Assembly (NCBI GenBank): GCA_963817915.1
Contig: CAWFQL010000018.1
Location: 1 to 64,000 of the forward strand
Length of the DNA: 64,000 nt
Direction of reading: 5' to 3'
DNA from: an uncultured candidate division Zixibacteria bacterium
GTDB taxonomy: Bacteria > Zixibacteria > MSB-5A5 > UBA10806
This document shows, piece by piece, positions 30,286-44,400 of the stretch. Made by a program: the position numbers and the translations under genes. Each line of letters opens with the position of its first letter. Position 1 is the first letter of the stretch. The notes beneath the pieces were generated by a model that worked only from the letters and a program-made list of their open reading frames with translations, did not search any database and was not told the origin of the DNA.

Positions 30286-32400
30286 ATGAAAAGGCTCATT
30301 TTAATAGTAATTTTGCTGGGCTTCATTTGGGGGGGGAATAGTATCCTCTATGCCCAGGAAAGAGAATTGTTTTCTGACACCATGGCTATAGGCAACATTT
30401 ATGGTCGCGCGGGCGACACAGTTGATGTAAGCCTCTATTGTGCTAACCCTACGGTAGCTATTGGAGGATTTCTCGCGGTAATTACATATAATGATACGCT
30501 CTTGACTCCCTTGGGAGCCGTCTGCGCTGAGCGAGGATGTGTTCTCGAAAACTTTGCAGTACAGCAGCACGGAACCAGGATTTTTTATGTCCTGGGATAC
30601 ACATTTACGCCTGCTGATTCTTTTATCGCACGCGGATACGGAAATGTCGGCACATTAAGTTTTCGAATAAATCCGGGCGCAGCACCTGGAAGGGTAGCCC
30701 ATGTCGGATTTACGACTCTCGGCACCGATACAACATCCTGGACTGATAGCATGGGAGCGGAACTCCTATTTCCGCGAACCAGAGATGGTAGCATAACAAT
30801 CAGGGATATCAACTCGAACTTCCCACCAGTTGTCGGCGGAGTCAGCAATCAGACTGTTTCCGAGGGGCAGACGATTCAATTCAATGTTACCGCCAGTGAT
30901 CCCGAGGGCGATCCAATCACGCTATCTGCTCAAAATCTTCCCGCGAACGCCACATTCCCGATGGTTCAGGGGGATTCGGTCGTCTCAGGTACGTTTACCT
31001 TCCATCCCGATTTCAATCAAGGCGGTGATACCTTTTATGTGGACTTTGTGGCAATGGATGATCACAACAATACGACCACCCAACAATCCAGAATAATTGT
31101 CTTCGAACAACCTAATGATTTTGTCTTTGTAGCTACCGATCAGGGTGGAGTGCCAGGAGCAACAAACCGAGCCGTTAATGTTTCTCTTTTTAATTCGATA
31201 CCGGTTTATGGTGTCCAATTCCAATACCATTATGACCCGGCGCTGGTTTCGGTTAGCCAGGTTACTCAGACGGAAAGAGTCGGCGAAATGTGGTTTAATT
31301 ACAATGAACCACGCCCGGGCACAATCATCGTGCTGATTTTCTCGCCGGGACTTGACTTTATAGCATCCGGATCAGCTCCACTGGCACAATTTTTTGTCGA
31401 CGTTAGAGCCGATGCCATATTCGGCCCCACGCCGGTTGTCATAGATTCAGCTATCGAAGTCATCGATTCTATTGGAACATCCAAAAATATGCTCATGGAA
31501 GATGGCTTTTTCACGGTTGATAGATTCGGTGACGGCAACCTTGACGGCCTCATTAATGTCGGCGATTGTATTACCGTCGTCTCCTACATTATCGGCCGAA
31601 TGGATCTTGGTGTCAGGCAATTTGACGCGGCCGACATTAACCGCGATACCAGAGTCAATATCGGTGACCTTCAAAACGTTATTGATATAATTCTTCAATT
31701 TGAGACTATCAGGGGCGAAATCCCGGGTTCACCTCAAGTATCGGTAGAGCTGCTTAAAGATTCCGCGCCGTTCAATAATGTCCTTACTGTACCTATGTGG
31801 GCTGAGCTTGATGCCGAGGCTGCCGGTCTCCAATTTGATGTAACATTTAATCCTGACCAGGTTCAACCGATGGAAATTGAGCAGGGCGATATGATTTCCG
31901 GGATGCGCATGGACTATAATATTGAAAACAATCGTATTCACGGCGTCGTTTATGACCTCGGCGGTTCGACATTCGGACCGGATAACGGGGCATTGCTCAA
32001 TTTAAATTTTGGAATGGTCGGAAATGACTTCGACAAAGTCAACGATATTCAATTGACTGATTTCCTGATCGTAAACAAGGGAGCCCAGTTTATTCCCGCC
32101 GAAGTAAAGGGACAGCTTCCAAAGCGGTTCAGCTTGAATCAGAACTATCCAAACCCATTCAACGCCAGCACCAATATCAGCTTTGATATGCCCCAGGGCG
32201 GTGTCGTTGAATTGCTGGTTTTCGATCTTTTAGGTAGACAGGTCGCTACTCTTCATAATGGCTATTTGCCAGCCGGTAACCATATTATTAACTGGAATGG
32301 GAATTCTTCTAACGGCGAACAATTAGCGTCAGGCATTTACTTCTATAGCCTGAGGGCTGGTGACTACAGCCAGTCTTTGAAGATGTTGTTAATGAAATAA
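30286..32400 (+). CDS. secreted multi-cohesin protein with Ig, internal dockerin and sorting CTD
   Basis: Three cohesin-like units (IGGFLAVITYN, VYGVQFQYHYD, AAGLQFDVTFN); ASDPEGD Ig unit; GDGNLDG / ADINRD; NYPNPFN...MLLMK. Confidence 0.8.
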   Translation: MKRLILIVILLGFIWGGNSILYAQERELFSDTMAIGNIYGRAGDTVDVSLYCANPTVAIGGFLAVITYNDTLLTPLGAVCAERGCVLENFAVQQHGTRIFYVLGYTFTPADSFIARGYGNVGTLSFRINPGAAPGRVAHVGFTTLGTDTTSWTDSMGAELLFPRTRDGSITIRDINSNFPPVVGGVSNQTVSEGQTIQFNVTASDPEGDPITLSAQNLPANATFPMVQGDSVVSGTFTFHPDFNQGGDTFYVDFVAMDDHNNTTTQQSRIIVFEQPNDFVFVATDQGGVPGATNRAVNVSLFNSIPVYGVQFQYHYDPALVSVSQVTQTERVGEMWFNYNEPRPGTIIVLIFSPGLDFIASGSAPLAQFFVDVRADAIFGPTPVVIDSAIEVIDSIGTSKNMLMEDGFFTVDRFGDGNLDGLINVGDCITVVSYIIGRMDLGVRQFDAADINRDTRVNIGDLQNVIDIILQFETIRGEIPGSPQVSVELLKDSAPFNNVLTVPMWAELDAEAAGLQFDVTFNPDQVQPMEIEQGDMISGMRMDYNIENNRIHGVVYDLGGSTFGPDNGALLNLNFGMVGNDFDKVNDIQLTDFLIVNKGAQFIPAEVKGQLPKRFSLNQNYPNPFNASTNISFDMPQGGVVELLVFDLLGRQVATLHNGYLPAGNHIINWNGNSSNGEQLASGIYFYSLRAGDYSQSLKMLLMK

Positions 32401-32482
32401 CTCTGGCTTCACTTTTCCTCGCCGAGGATTTGTTTCAACTCTGAGGGGATTTTATGGAAGTGAGGATTAATAAGGAGCCGCG

Positions 32483-35400
32483 ATGAAAATAGGATTTATC
32501 GTGAAAACGGCAATTTTAGCTATTTTAATTCTATCTGCCGTGTCCTATGCACAAAACCTGCCACCGGTAATTAATCCGATCGGGCCACAGGTTGTTGACG
32601 AGGGCGTTCAACTCGATGTCCGGATTGTAGCTACCGATCCCGATATCGGTGATATTATAACATTAACCGCCGACCAACTGCCACTCAATTCCATTTTCAA
32701 CGATTCAACCGGCGGTGTCGGAGGCCTTGTTTTTACTCCAGATTATACTCAATCTGGCGTATATCAAGTTCGCGTGTTCGCTGCAGATACTGCCGGTCTG
32801 GTAGATACTGCCTTAATTGATATAACAGTTAATAACGTCGATCGCGCTCCGGTGATTTCACCGGTCGCGCCGCAGACAGTCGCCGAGGGTGGCAATCTCA
32901 ATGTTCGCGTAACCGCCGCCGATCCCGATGGTGATCCGATTACGCTGGTTGCCCAGCAATTGCCGCTTAATGCGACATTTACGGATTCAACCGGCGGAGT
33001 TGGTCATTTGGTATTTAATCCCAGCTTCACACAGGCCGGGTCATATACAGTTAGAATAATTGCCAATTCGACAACACTGGTTGATACCGAGCTCGTAAAT
33101 ATAACAGTCACCGGCACTGATCGTCCGCCGGTGATTACGCCAGTCGCGCCGCAGACAGTTGCCGAGGGTGGCAATCTCAATGTTCGCGTAACCGCCGCTG
33201 ACCCCGATGGTGATCCGATAACATTGATCGCTCAGCAGCTTCCGCCTAATGCCACATTTACGGATTCAACCGGCGGAGTTGGTCATTTGGTATTCAATCC
33301 CAACTACACCCAGGCGGGATCGTATACAGTAAGAATAATAGCCAATTCGACAACATTGGTTGATACCGAGCTTGTCAGCATAACAGTCACCAATACCGAT
33401 CGTGCGCCGGTGATTACACCGGTCGCGCCGCAGACAGTTGCCGAGGGTGGCAATCTCAATGTTCGCGTAACCGCCGCTGACCCCGATGGTGATCCGATAA
33501 CATTGATCGCTCAGCAGCTTCCGCTTAATGCGACATTTACGGATTCGACCGGCGGAGTTGGTCATTTGGTATTCAATCCCAACTACACTCAGGCCGGGTC
33601 ATATACGGTTAGAATAATAGCCAATTCAACGACTCTCGTTGATACTGAGCTCGTCAGCATAACAGTCACCAATACCGATCGCGCTCCAGCGATCACCCCT
33701 GTCGCACCGCAGACAGTCGCCGAGGGCGGCAATCTCAATGTTCGAGTTTCAGCTATCGATCCCGATGGTGATCCGATAACATTGATCGCTCAGCAGCTTC
33801 CGCCTAATGCGACATTTACCGATTCAACCGGCGGAGTTGGCAGGTTAGTATTCAATCCCGACTTCACTCAGGCCGGGTCATATACGGTTAGAATAATAGC
33901 CAATTCGACAACATTGGTTGATACCGAGCTTGTCAGCATAACAGTCACCAATACCGATCGCGCGCCGGTGATAACGCCAGTCGCTCCGCAGACAGTCGCC
34001 GAGGGTGGCAATCTCAATGTTCGCGTAACCGCCGCTGACCCCGATGGCGATCCGATAACGTTGATCGCTCAGCAGCTTCCGCTTAATGCCACATTTACGG
34101 ATTCGACCGGCGGAGTTGGCAGGTTGGTATTCAATCCCAGCTACACCGAGGCCGGGTCATATACGGTTAGAATAATAGCCAATTCAACAACGTTGGTTGA
34201 TACTGAATTAGTCAGTATAACCGTGACCAATACCGATCGTGCGCCGGTAATTACGCCAGTCGCACCGCAGACAGTTGCTGAGGGTGGTAATCTCAATGTT
34301 CGCATGACTGCTGCCGATCCCGATGGCGATCCGATAACGTTGATCGCTCAGCAGCTTCCGCTTAATGCGACATTTACGGATTCGACCGGCGGAGTTGGTC
34401 ATTTGGTATTCAATCCCAACTACACTCAGGCCGGGTCATATACGGTTAGAATAATAGCCAATTCGACAACATTGGTTGATACCGAGCTAGTAAGTATAAC
34501 AGTCACCGGCACCGATCGTCCACCAGTGATTACACCGGTCGCGCCGCAGACAGTCGCCGAGGGTGGCAATCTCAATGTTCGCGTAACCGCCGCCGATCCC
34601 GATGGCGATCCGATTACGCTGATTGCCCAGCAATTGCCGCCAATGCGACATTTACGGATTCGACCGGCGGAGTTGGCAGGTTGGTATTCAATCCCGACTT
34701 CACTCAGGCCGGTTCATATACAGTTAGAATAATTGCCAATTCGACAACACTGGTTGATACCGAGCTCGTAAGTATAACAGTCACCGGCACCGATCGTCCG
34801 CCGGTGATTACGCCAGTCGCGCCGCAGACAGTTGCCGAGGGTGGCAATCTCAATGTTCGCGTAACCGCCGCTGACCCCGATGGTGATCCGATAACATTGA
34901 TTGCTCAGCAGCTTCCGCCTAATGCCACATTTACGGATTCAACCGGCGGAGTTGGTCATTTGGTATTCAATCCCAACTACACCCAGGCCGGATCATATAC
35001 AGTAAGAATAATAGCCAATTCGACAACATTGGTTGATACCGAGCTTGTCAGCATAACAGTCACCAATACCGATCGTGCGCCGGTGATTACACCAGTCGCG
35101 CCGCAGACAGTCGCCGAGGGTGGCAATCTCAATGTTCGCGTAACCGCCGCCGATCCCGATGGTGATCCGATTACATTGATTGCTCAGCAGCTTCCGCTTA
35201 ATGCCACATTTACGGATTCGACCGGCGGAGTTGGTCATTTGGTATTCAATCCCGACTTCACCCAAGCCGGATCATATACAGTAAGAATAATAGCCAATTC
35301 GACAACATTGGTTGATACCGAGCTTGTCAGCATAACGGTCACCAATACTGATCGCGCGCCGGTGATTACGCCAGTCGCTCCGCAGACAGTCGCCGAGGGT

Positions 35401-38400
35401 GGCAATCTCAATGTTCGGGTAACTGCCGCCGATCCCGATGGTGATCCAATTACGTTGATTGCCCAGCAATTACCGCTTAATGCGACATTTACGGATTCAA
35501 CCGGCGGAGTTGGCAGGTTAGTATTCAATCCCGATTTCACTCAAGCCGGATCATATACAGTAAGAATCATAGCCAATTCGACAACATTGGTTGATACCGA
35601 GCTTGTTAGCATAACAGTCACCAATGTCGATCTCCCGCCTGTCTTTGGATCAATTCTTCCTCAATCCGTCTATGAAAATAGCGTACTTAATTTCAGTGTT
35701 GCCGCTACGGATACTGACGGCAATCTCATTACCCTTACTAGCGGCGCCTTGCCGGCCAATGCCACTTTCACTGATCTCGGCGGCGGCAATGGAAGCTTCC
35801 ATTTCGCGCCTAATCTTACGCAGGAAGGTAATTATTCAATCTCATTTTATGCTAATTCGGGAAGCCCCTCCATCAGCGATACACTCATTGTGCCAGTCAC
35901 CGTATTACATACAAATGCTGCGCCGGTGCTGAATCCAATCGGGCCTCAAAGCGTTAATGAAAACCAGTCTTTGCAGTTTAGAATTATCTCCAGTGATATC
36001 GACGGTACATTCCCAACATTAACAGCTCTAAATTTACCGGCCAATGCGGTTCTCACTGATAGTTTGAATGGACGCGGCCTGTTAGTATTCAATCCTAATT
36101 TCAGCCAGGCCGGTACTTATAATGTAATATTCATTGCCAGCGATGGCTTGCTTGCCGATTCCGAGAATGTTGCCATAACAGTTAATAATGTCAATAGACC
36201 TCCTGTGCTTAATCCCATTGGCAATCGTTCGGTTATCGAATCGGCGACTCTCAGCTTCAGGGTATCATCCAGCGATCCTGATCTGCAGACTCCGTCTTTG
36301 ATCGCTCTTAATCTTCCGATAAATTCTACATTTGTCGATTCCACCAACGGAGCTGGATTGTTCAGGTTTACGCCCGGATATACACAAGCAGGAACCTACA
36401 ATATTCTTTTTATAGCTTCAGATGGCACCTTGTCGGATTCGGAAATGGTCCGGATTACAGTATTCGATGCTGGAAACCAACCTCCTGTAATCGATCCGAT
36501 TTTGCCCCAGTCCATTATCGAGGGCCAGCATCTGCAATTTATAGTTAGAACCAGCGATCCCGATAGCACAATTCCGATTGTTCAAGCATTTAATCTTCCG
36601 CTCCATGCCGTTTATGCAGACTCCGGCAATGGACGCGGGCTTTTTGCATTCGACCCCGATTTTACTCAAAGCGGAAATTATAACGTTCTTTTCAGAGCCT
36701 TTGATGGATCTCTATATGATTCCCTTTGGGTACAAATTACGGTGATTGATTTTGGCCGTCCGCCGGTCTTGAACCCGATCGGACCCAGAACTATGACTGA
36801 GGGGGATACTCTACGAATCGTTGTCACATCCACTGACCCCGATGGCACCTATCCGCGGCTTTTTGCCGCCCCATTGCCGAATCACGCGACCTTTGCTGAT
36901 TCGCTAAACGGTCACGGATTGTTTACGTTTACACCTGACTTTACGCAATCTGGCATCTATACAATATTATTCAGAGCATCCGATGGAGCGTTGGTCGATT
37001 CAGAATATGTCCAGATAACTGTCAATGATTGGGGAAACCATGCCCCTGTCCTGGCGCCTATTGGACCTCGGAGCGTTAATGAGGGCCAGTTGCTTAGCAT
37101 ACATTTTTCAGCTTCAGATATTGACGGCACTATCCCGCAGCTTAATGTTATGAATATGCCCGCCAATGCGGCATTTACGGATAGCCTTAATGGCCGAGGC
37201 GCGTTCACATTCGCGCCCGATTATTCCCAATCGGGGGGCCATAATGTTTTGTTTATAGCATCCGATGGCACCGCCGCCGATTCGGAGCTTGTCGTCATAA
37301 CCGTGATTAATACAGATCGTCCGCCGGTGATTACGCCTGTTCCCGCTCAGACTGTGGCCGAAGGCGGCGCTCTCCGGGTTCGAATTTCATCATCTGATCC
37401 CGATGCCGATCCAATTACCCTCATAGCTCAGCAGCTTCCGCTCAATGCCACTTTTGTTGATTCAACCGGTGGAATCGGTGGATTAGTATTCAATCCCGAT
37501 TATACTCAGGCAGGATCATATCAGGTGAGGATTATAGCCAATTCATTGACTCTCGCCGACACCGAGCTTGTTAATATAGCTGTAACCGGAAGCGATCTGC
37601 CTCCTGTAATCACTCCGGTCCCGCCGCAGACAATAGCCGAGGGCGGGACTCTCGGGGTTCGCGTGACAGCAACCGATCCCAATGGCGACGCGATAACATT
37701 AATAGCGCAGCAATTGCCGCCTAATGCTTCATTTGTTGATTCTACCGGTGGAAGAGGTGGATTGGTATTCAATCCCGACTTCACTCAAGCCGGTTCATAT
37801 ACTGTCAGGATAATTGCCAATTCGACTACATTGGTTGATACCGAGCTTGTCAGTATAACAGTCACCAATACAGACCGCGCGCCGGTGATTACTCCTGTCG
37901 CTCCGCAGACAGTGGTCGAAGGTGGTAATCTTAATGTTCGAATAACCGCAAGCGATCCCGATGGCGATTTAATTACGCTAATCGCTCAGCAATTACCGCT
38001 TAATGCCACCTTTACGGATTCGACCGGCGGGAGTCGGCCATTTGGTTTTCAATCCCGATTACACCCAGGCCGGGTCATATACAGTCAGAATCATAGCCAA
38101 CTCAACTACATCTGGTTGATACCGAGCTTGTCAGTATAACCGTAACAAATTCAGACCGCGCACCGGTGATTACGCCGGTCGCTCCACAGACCGTAGCAGA
38201 GGGCGGCAATCTCAATGTTCGAGTGACCGCTAGCGATCCCGATGGCGATCCGATAACATTAGTTGCCCAGCAGCTTCCGCCGAACGCCACCTTTACAGAT
38301 TCGACAGGTGGAGTTGGCCGGTTGGTATTCAATCCCGATTTCACTCAGGCCGGTTCGTATACGGTTAGGATAATAGCTCACTCGACAACTTTGGTAGATA

Positions 38401-41400
38401 CCGAGCTTGTTAGCATAACCGTAACGAATATAGATCGCCCGCCGGCAATTACCCCAATCACTCCGCAGACCGTGGCGGAGGGAGCCCGACTAAATGTCCG
38501 AGTGACTGCAATCGATCCCGATAATGATTCATTATCCCTGACTGCCGAACAGTTACCTATTAACGCTGTATTTGCAGATTCGGGAAAGGGTATAGGCGGA
38601 TTAGCTTTCAATCCCGATTTTACCCAGGCCGGTTCTTACAGTGTGAGGATAATAGCTAGATCAACAACCCTTGTTGATACTGAATTAGTCAGTATAACTG
38701 TGACCAATACCGATCGTGCCCCTGTGATTACACCTGTCACTCCCCAGACAGTGGCCGAGGGTGGCCATCTCGCGGTTAGGGTGACAGCTTCCGACCCTGA
38801 CGGCGATTTAATAACCTTGATCGCCCAGCAGCTTCCGCTCAATGCTTCTTTCGTTGATTCGACTGGCGGAAGAGGTGGATTGGTATTCAATCCCGATTTC
38901 ACTCAAGCAGGATCATATACGGTTAGGATAATAGCTAATTCAACTACATTAGTAGACACCGAGCTTGTTAGTATCACTGTCACAGGAAGCGATCGTCCGC
39001 CAGTGATTACACCTGTCACTCCACAGACTGTGGCCGAGGGCGGGAATCTAACGGTTCGAATCACAGCTACCGACCCCGATGGCGATCCAATAACTTTCAT
39101 CGCCCAGCAGCTGCCTCTTAATGCCACGTTTACGGATTCTACCGGCGGAGTTGGCAGATTAGTTTTCAATCCCGACTTCACTCAGGCAGGATCATACACT
39201 GTAAGGATAATAGCGAATTCAACTACATTAGCAGATACCGAGCTGGTCAGCATTACAGTGACCAACACCGATCGTCCTCCAGTGATAACACCTATCACTC
39301 CGCGGACAGTGGCCGAAGGCGGTCATCTTGCTGTTCGAGTAACTGCCACCGACCCCGATGGTGATTTGATTACACTCGTGGCGCAGCAGCTTCCGCTAAA
39401 TGCGACATTCGTAGATTCTACCGGCGGAATAGGTGGATTAGTATTCAATCCCGACTTTACGCAGGCCGGATCATACGCTGTGCGAATAATAGCAAACTCC
39501 ACAACTTTGGTTGATACTGAATTTGTCAGCATAACCGTTACTGGCAGCGATCGTCCGCCGGTGATTACACCAGTAGCTCCGCAGACAGTGGCCGAGGGAG
39601 GGAGCCTCTACGTTCAGAGTAACCGCCACCGATCCCGATGGCGATCCGATTCTTCTTTCCGCACAGCAATTGCCGCTCAATGCCACATTTACGGATTCGA
39701 CCGGTGGAGTCGGCCATTTGGTATTTAATCCCGACTTTGCTCAGGCCGGATCTTATACAGTAAGGATATTGGCCAATTCCACAACCTTGGTCGATACCGA
39801 ACTTGTCAGCATAACTGTTACGAACGTTGATAGACCGCCGGTTCTTTCACCGATCGCGCCTCAGGTCGTGGCTGAAGGAGCTAATCTCAATGTCAGAATT
39901 ACGGCTGCTGATCCCGATGGCGAGCCCATTACATTAATTGCCCAGCAGCTTCCTCTCAACTCTACCTTCACCGATTCTACCGGCGGAGTCGGCAGATTAG
40001 TATTCAATCCTGACTTTACGCAGGCCGGCGCCTACACTGTAAGAATTATTGCTAATTCGACAACTCTGGCTGATACCGAGCTTGTCAATATAACAGTGAA
40101 TAATATCGACAGACCTCCTGTCATTACACCTGTAGCGCCGCAAACTGTTGCCGAAGGTGCAAATCTTAATGTCAGAATAACGTCTATTGATCCTGACGGC
40201 GAGCCAATAATATTAACGGCCCTTCAACTGCCGCTAAATTCATCATTTTCAGATTCAACAGGAGGCGTGGGTCATCTGATATTTAATCCTGATTACTCTC
40301 AAGCCGGACCATATCAGGTAATTATTATTGCCTCTTCGACCACTTTGACAGATACAGAATTTGTAAATATTACGGTGACCAATACCGATCGACCGCCTCT
40401 CTTCGTAGCCGTACCACCTCAATCAGTCTACGAGGACAGCGTACTCAATTTCAGTGTCAGCGCATCGGATCCTGATAACGACCTAATTACATTGACTCAT
40501 GACGCGCTGCCTCCCAATGCTACTTTCACTGATCTGGGCGGAGGGAATGGAACACTTCATTTCGCTCCCAACCTAACCCAGGAAGGGAATTATACCCTGG
40601 CATTCTATGCCAATTCGGGAACCCCGGTAATTCGAGATACCTTGCAGGTTTTCGTTGTAGTACTTCATACCAATGCGCCCCCTATTCTAAACCCCATAGG
40701 GCCGCAGAATGTCAATGAGAATCAGCGTCTCCAGATTCATGTCACCTCAAGCGACATCGATGGTACCTTCCCGGTATTATCGGCCCTAAATTTGCCGATC
40801 AATGCGGTCTTTACCGATAGTCTAAATGGACGCGGCCTGTTCGTATTTAATCCCGATTTTGTCCAGGCGGGCACATACAATGTCTTATTCATAGCGAATG
40901 ACGGTCTGATTGCTGATTCTGAAAATGTTGCCATAACCGTAAATAATGTCGACAGACCCCCTGTCCTCACTAATATAGGCAGTCGTTCAATTGTTGAAGG
41001 TGCAGCGCTCAGCTTCCGAGTGACATCTACCGACCCCGACCTGCAGATTCCAGTCTTGACCGCTCTGAATCTGCCCGTTAATGCATCCTTCATAGATTCT
41101 ACGAACGGCAATGGATTATTCAGGTTCAATCCGGGCTACACTCAAGCAGGCATGTACAATGTTCTTTTTATAGCATCTGATGGTGTTCTTGCTGATTCCG
41201 AATTAGTACGAATAACTGTCTTTGAAGCCGGAAATCAGCCACCTGTTATTGAACCTATAGCGCCTCAATCAATAGTAGAAGGACAGCATCTGAGCTTCCC
41301 TGTGAGATCAAGCGATCCCGACAGCACTATCCCAGTTGTTCAGGCGTTCAATTTGCCGCTTCATGCTGTCTATGCCGATTCCGGCAACGGCCGCGGTGTT

Positions 41401-44400
41401 TTCAGCTTTGATCCGGATTTTACACAAAGTGGCGTTTATAATGTACTTTTCAGAGCCTTCGATGGCTCGCTATATGATTCCTTGTGGGTTCAGATTACCG
41501 TCATAGATTATGGCCGCCCGCCGGTTCTCAATCCTATCGGGCCTCATTCTGTGACCGAGGGTAATTTGCTCAGCTTCATCGTTACCTCCACCGACCCCGA
41601 TGGTACGTTCCCGCATTTATTCGCAGGGCCGCTACCGCTTCATGCCGCCTTTGTCGATTCGCTCAATGGCCACGGGCTTTTCTCATTCACCCCTGACTTA
41701 TTCTCAGGCTGGAGTTTATTCAATATTGTTTACAGCCTCCGATGGTGCCATGACAGATTCGGAATATGTCCAGATAACTGTCATTGATTGGGGAAATCAT
41801 CCACCTGTCTTATCCGCAATCGGACCGCAGACCCTTAATGAAGGCCAGTCACTCAGCATTCATGTTATAGGTACGGACTTGGATGGCACGATCCCGTCAT
41901 TATATTCAATGAATTTGCCGGCCAATGCCATATTTACTGATAGCCTTAATGGCAGAGGCGCCTTCATGTTTTCGCCGAATTATTTCCAGGCGGGAGCGTA
42001 TTCAGTGTTATTTATAGCCTCCGATGGCCTTTTGGCCGACTCGGAACTTGTGGCGATAACCGTTAATAACATTAACAGACCGCCGGCCATTACTCCAATA
42101 GCATCTCCGATAAATATCGCCGAGGGGGATACTGCTCGGTTCGTAGTTATCTCATCAGATCCCGACGCGGAAATACCTATTTTAACCGCTCAGAATTTGC
42201 CATTGAGCAATTATATGTTCTTCCCTAACGGCGACGGCACCGCTGATTTCGCGTTCTATCCCGACTATACTCAGTCCGGTACCTACAATATAAGATTTAT
42301 CGCCACTGATCCATTTGCGGCTGCCGATACGGAAATGGTCACTATAAATGTTTCAAATGTCAATCAACCTCCGATCCTGGCTCCAATCGGGCCTCTATCG
42401 GTGATTGAGGGTCATACTCTTAACGTTGTCATCAGAGCCGCCGATCCCGATAGCACATTGCCCACTTTCGCGGCCCGCAATTTGCCCCGCAATTCCGCCT
42501 TTGCCGATTCCCTGAACGGTCGAGGTCTTTTCACATTTTCTCCCGACTTTGTACAAGCGGGGATTATCGATTCAGTTCTCTTTGTCGCCACCGATGGCGT
42601 ATTAAGGGATTCCGAATTCGTCAGAATAACAGTCATCGATGCGGGCAATCAGCCGCCTGTGCTAAATCCGATTGGACCTTATACCGTAAATGAAAATGAA
42701 GTACTTGCATTCCCGGTTAGTGCATACGACCTTGACAATACCACTCCTATTCTATCCGCAAATCATCTGCCTCTTAATGCGACATTCGTCGACAATATGA
42801 ACGGCACAGGGAATTTCGAATTCAGGCCGAATGCTAATCAGGCCGGTTCCGATACAGTCCATTTCTTCGCCAGCGATGGAAGTCTAATTGATTCTGAATA
42901 TGTCGTCATAACCGTGCTCAATGTAAATCAAGCGCCGATATTGAATCCAATTGGAAACAGAGTAATGACCGAGGGCGATTCGCTTGGAATTATAATCACA
43001 GCGTTCGACCCCGATGCCAATCCGATCATAATGACAACAGGGGCTCTTTCACCTAATATGGTATTCAGCCATATTAGCTCCGATTCAGCTTATTTCGGAT
43101 TCAAACCGACTTATATTCAAAGCGGCACCTATAATGTTCTATTTAGAGTCTCGGACAGCCTTCTTGTCGATTCGGAAATGGTTCAAATTATCGTAAATGA
43201 CGCCGGCAACCAACGTCCTCATATGGCGACAATTGATACGGCTTATTACGTGACTGAAGGCGATACGTTGATAATCAATGTCAGTGTCACCGATCCCGAT
43301 GGAAATACCGTTGTGCTTTCCGCTTCGCCGCTCGCGACCAATATGACCTTTGTAGACAATCTTAATAATACCGGTTTGTTTACATTCATGCCCAACTATG
43401 TACAATTCGGGACATATCCATTAACTGTACGAGCGTTCGATGGCAGCCTGTGGGATTCGCTTTCTACCGTCATCCATGTAGCCGAACAAGGCAACCAACC
43501 GCCGATTCTCAGCCCAATAGGACCCAGGACTGTTCCGGAAGGCGATAGCCTGGTAATCAACGTCAGCGCTATCGACCCTGAAGGCGCAACACCATTCCTG
43601 TTTGTGACATCGATTCCGCCCTTCTCGAATTTTACGGATAATCATAACGGAACAGGAAGATTCGCGTTCCACCCCGACTATTATTCAGCAGGAGTAAGAA
43701 CTGTCAGATTTAATGCCATGGATAATGGTGGATTGATTGATTTTGAAGACGTGCAGATAACCATTACCGATGTCAACAGGCCGCCAATTATAGTGTTCGT
43801 CGGCGATACACTTGTATATGAAGGTGATTCGCTTAGAGTGAATGTGATTGTCACGGATTCTACCGATGCCGTCCCTGGTCAACTAAATCTTTCAAATGGC
43901 TATATGCCTCGCAACTCGACATTCACAATTACCGGAAATGGCACCGGAGTTTATATGATCAGGCCCGATTATAATCAGGCCGGTGTTGACTCCGCGTTAT
44001 TCTATGCCAGTGATAATGATTCTCCTCCGTTGGGAGATCAGAAATGGTTTAGGATACACATCAGGGAAGCTAACCGCCGACCAATTTTCCTGCAGCCGCC
44101 CCCTGGAATAGTTAATCAAGGTGAAACTTTGATAATGAATCTTTCTGCCACGGACCCCGATAATGATTCGCTCAGATTCTTTATTAACTGCTCGTCCTGT
44201 AATCCTCTTATCCCTGCCCGTTCGAGCTTTGTTGATAATGGAAACGGTACCGCTCAATTCATTTTCAATCCTGATTTCACTCAAACCGGAATATTCCTGA
44301 TATATTTCGCAGTTACGGATGGACGGGCAACAGTCACGAGACCGACAATGATTCAGGTAATAGATATGGGTAATCAGATTCCCGTATTAAATCCGATAGG

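Noticed and set aside
32840..40386. Regular repeats as a CRISPR array or DGR template/variable repeats
   Set aside because: Units are 279 bp, in frame and protein-coding, with mostly synonymous differences, no spacers, and no cas or reverse transcriptase gene in the window
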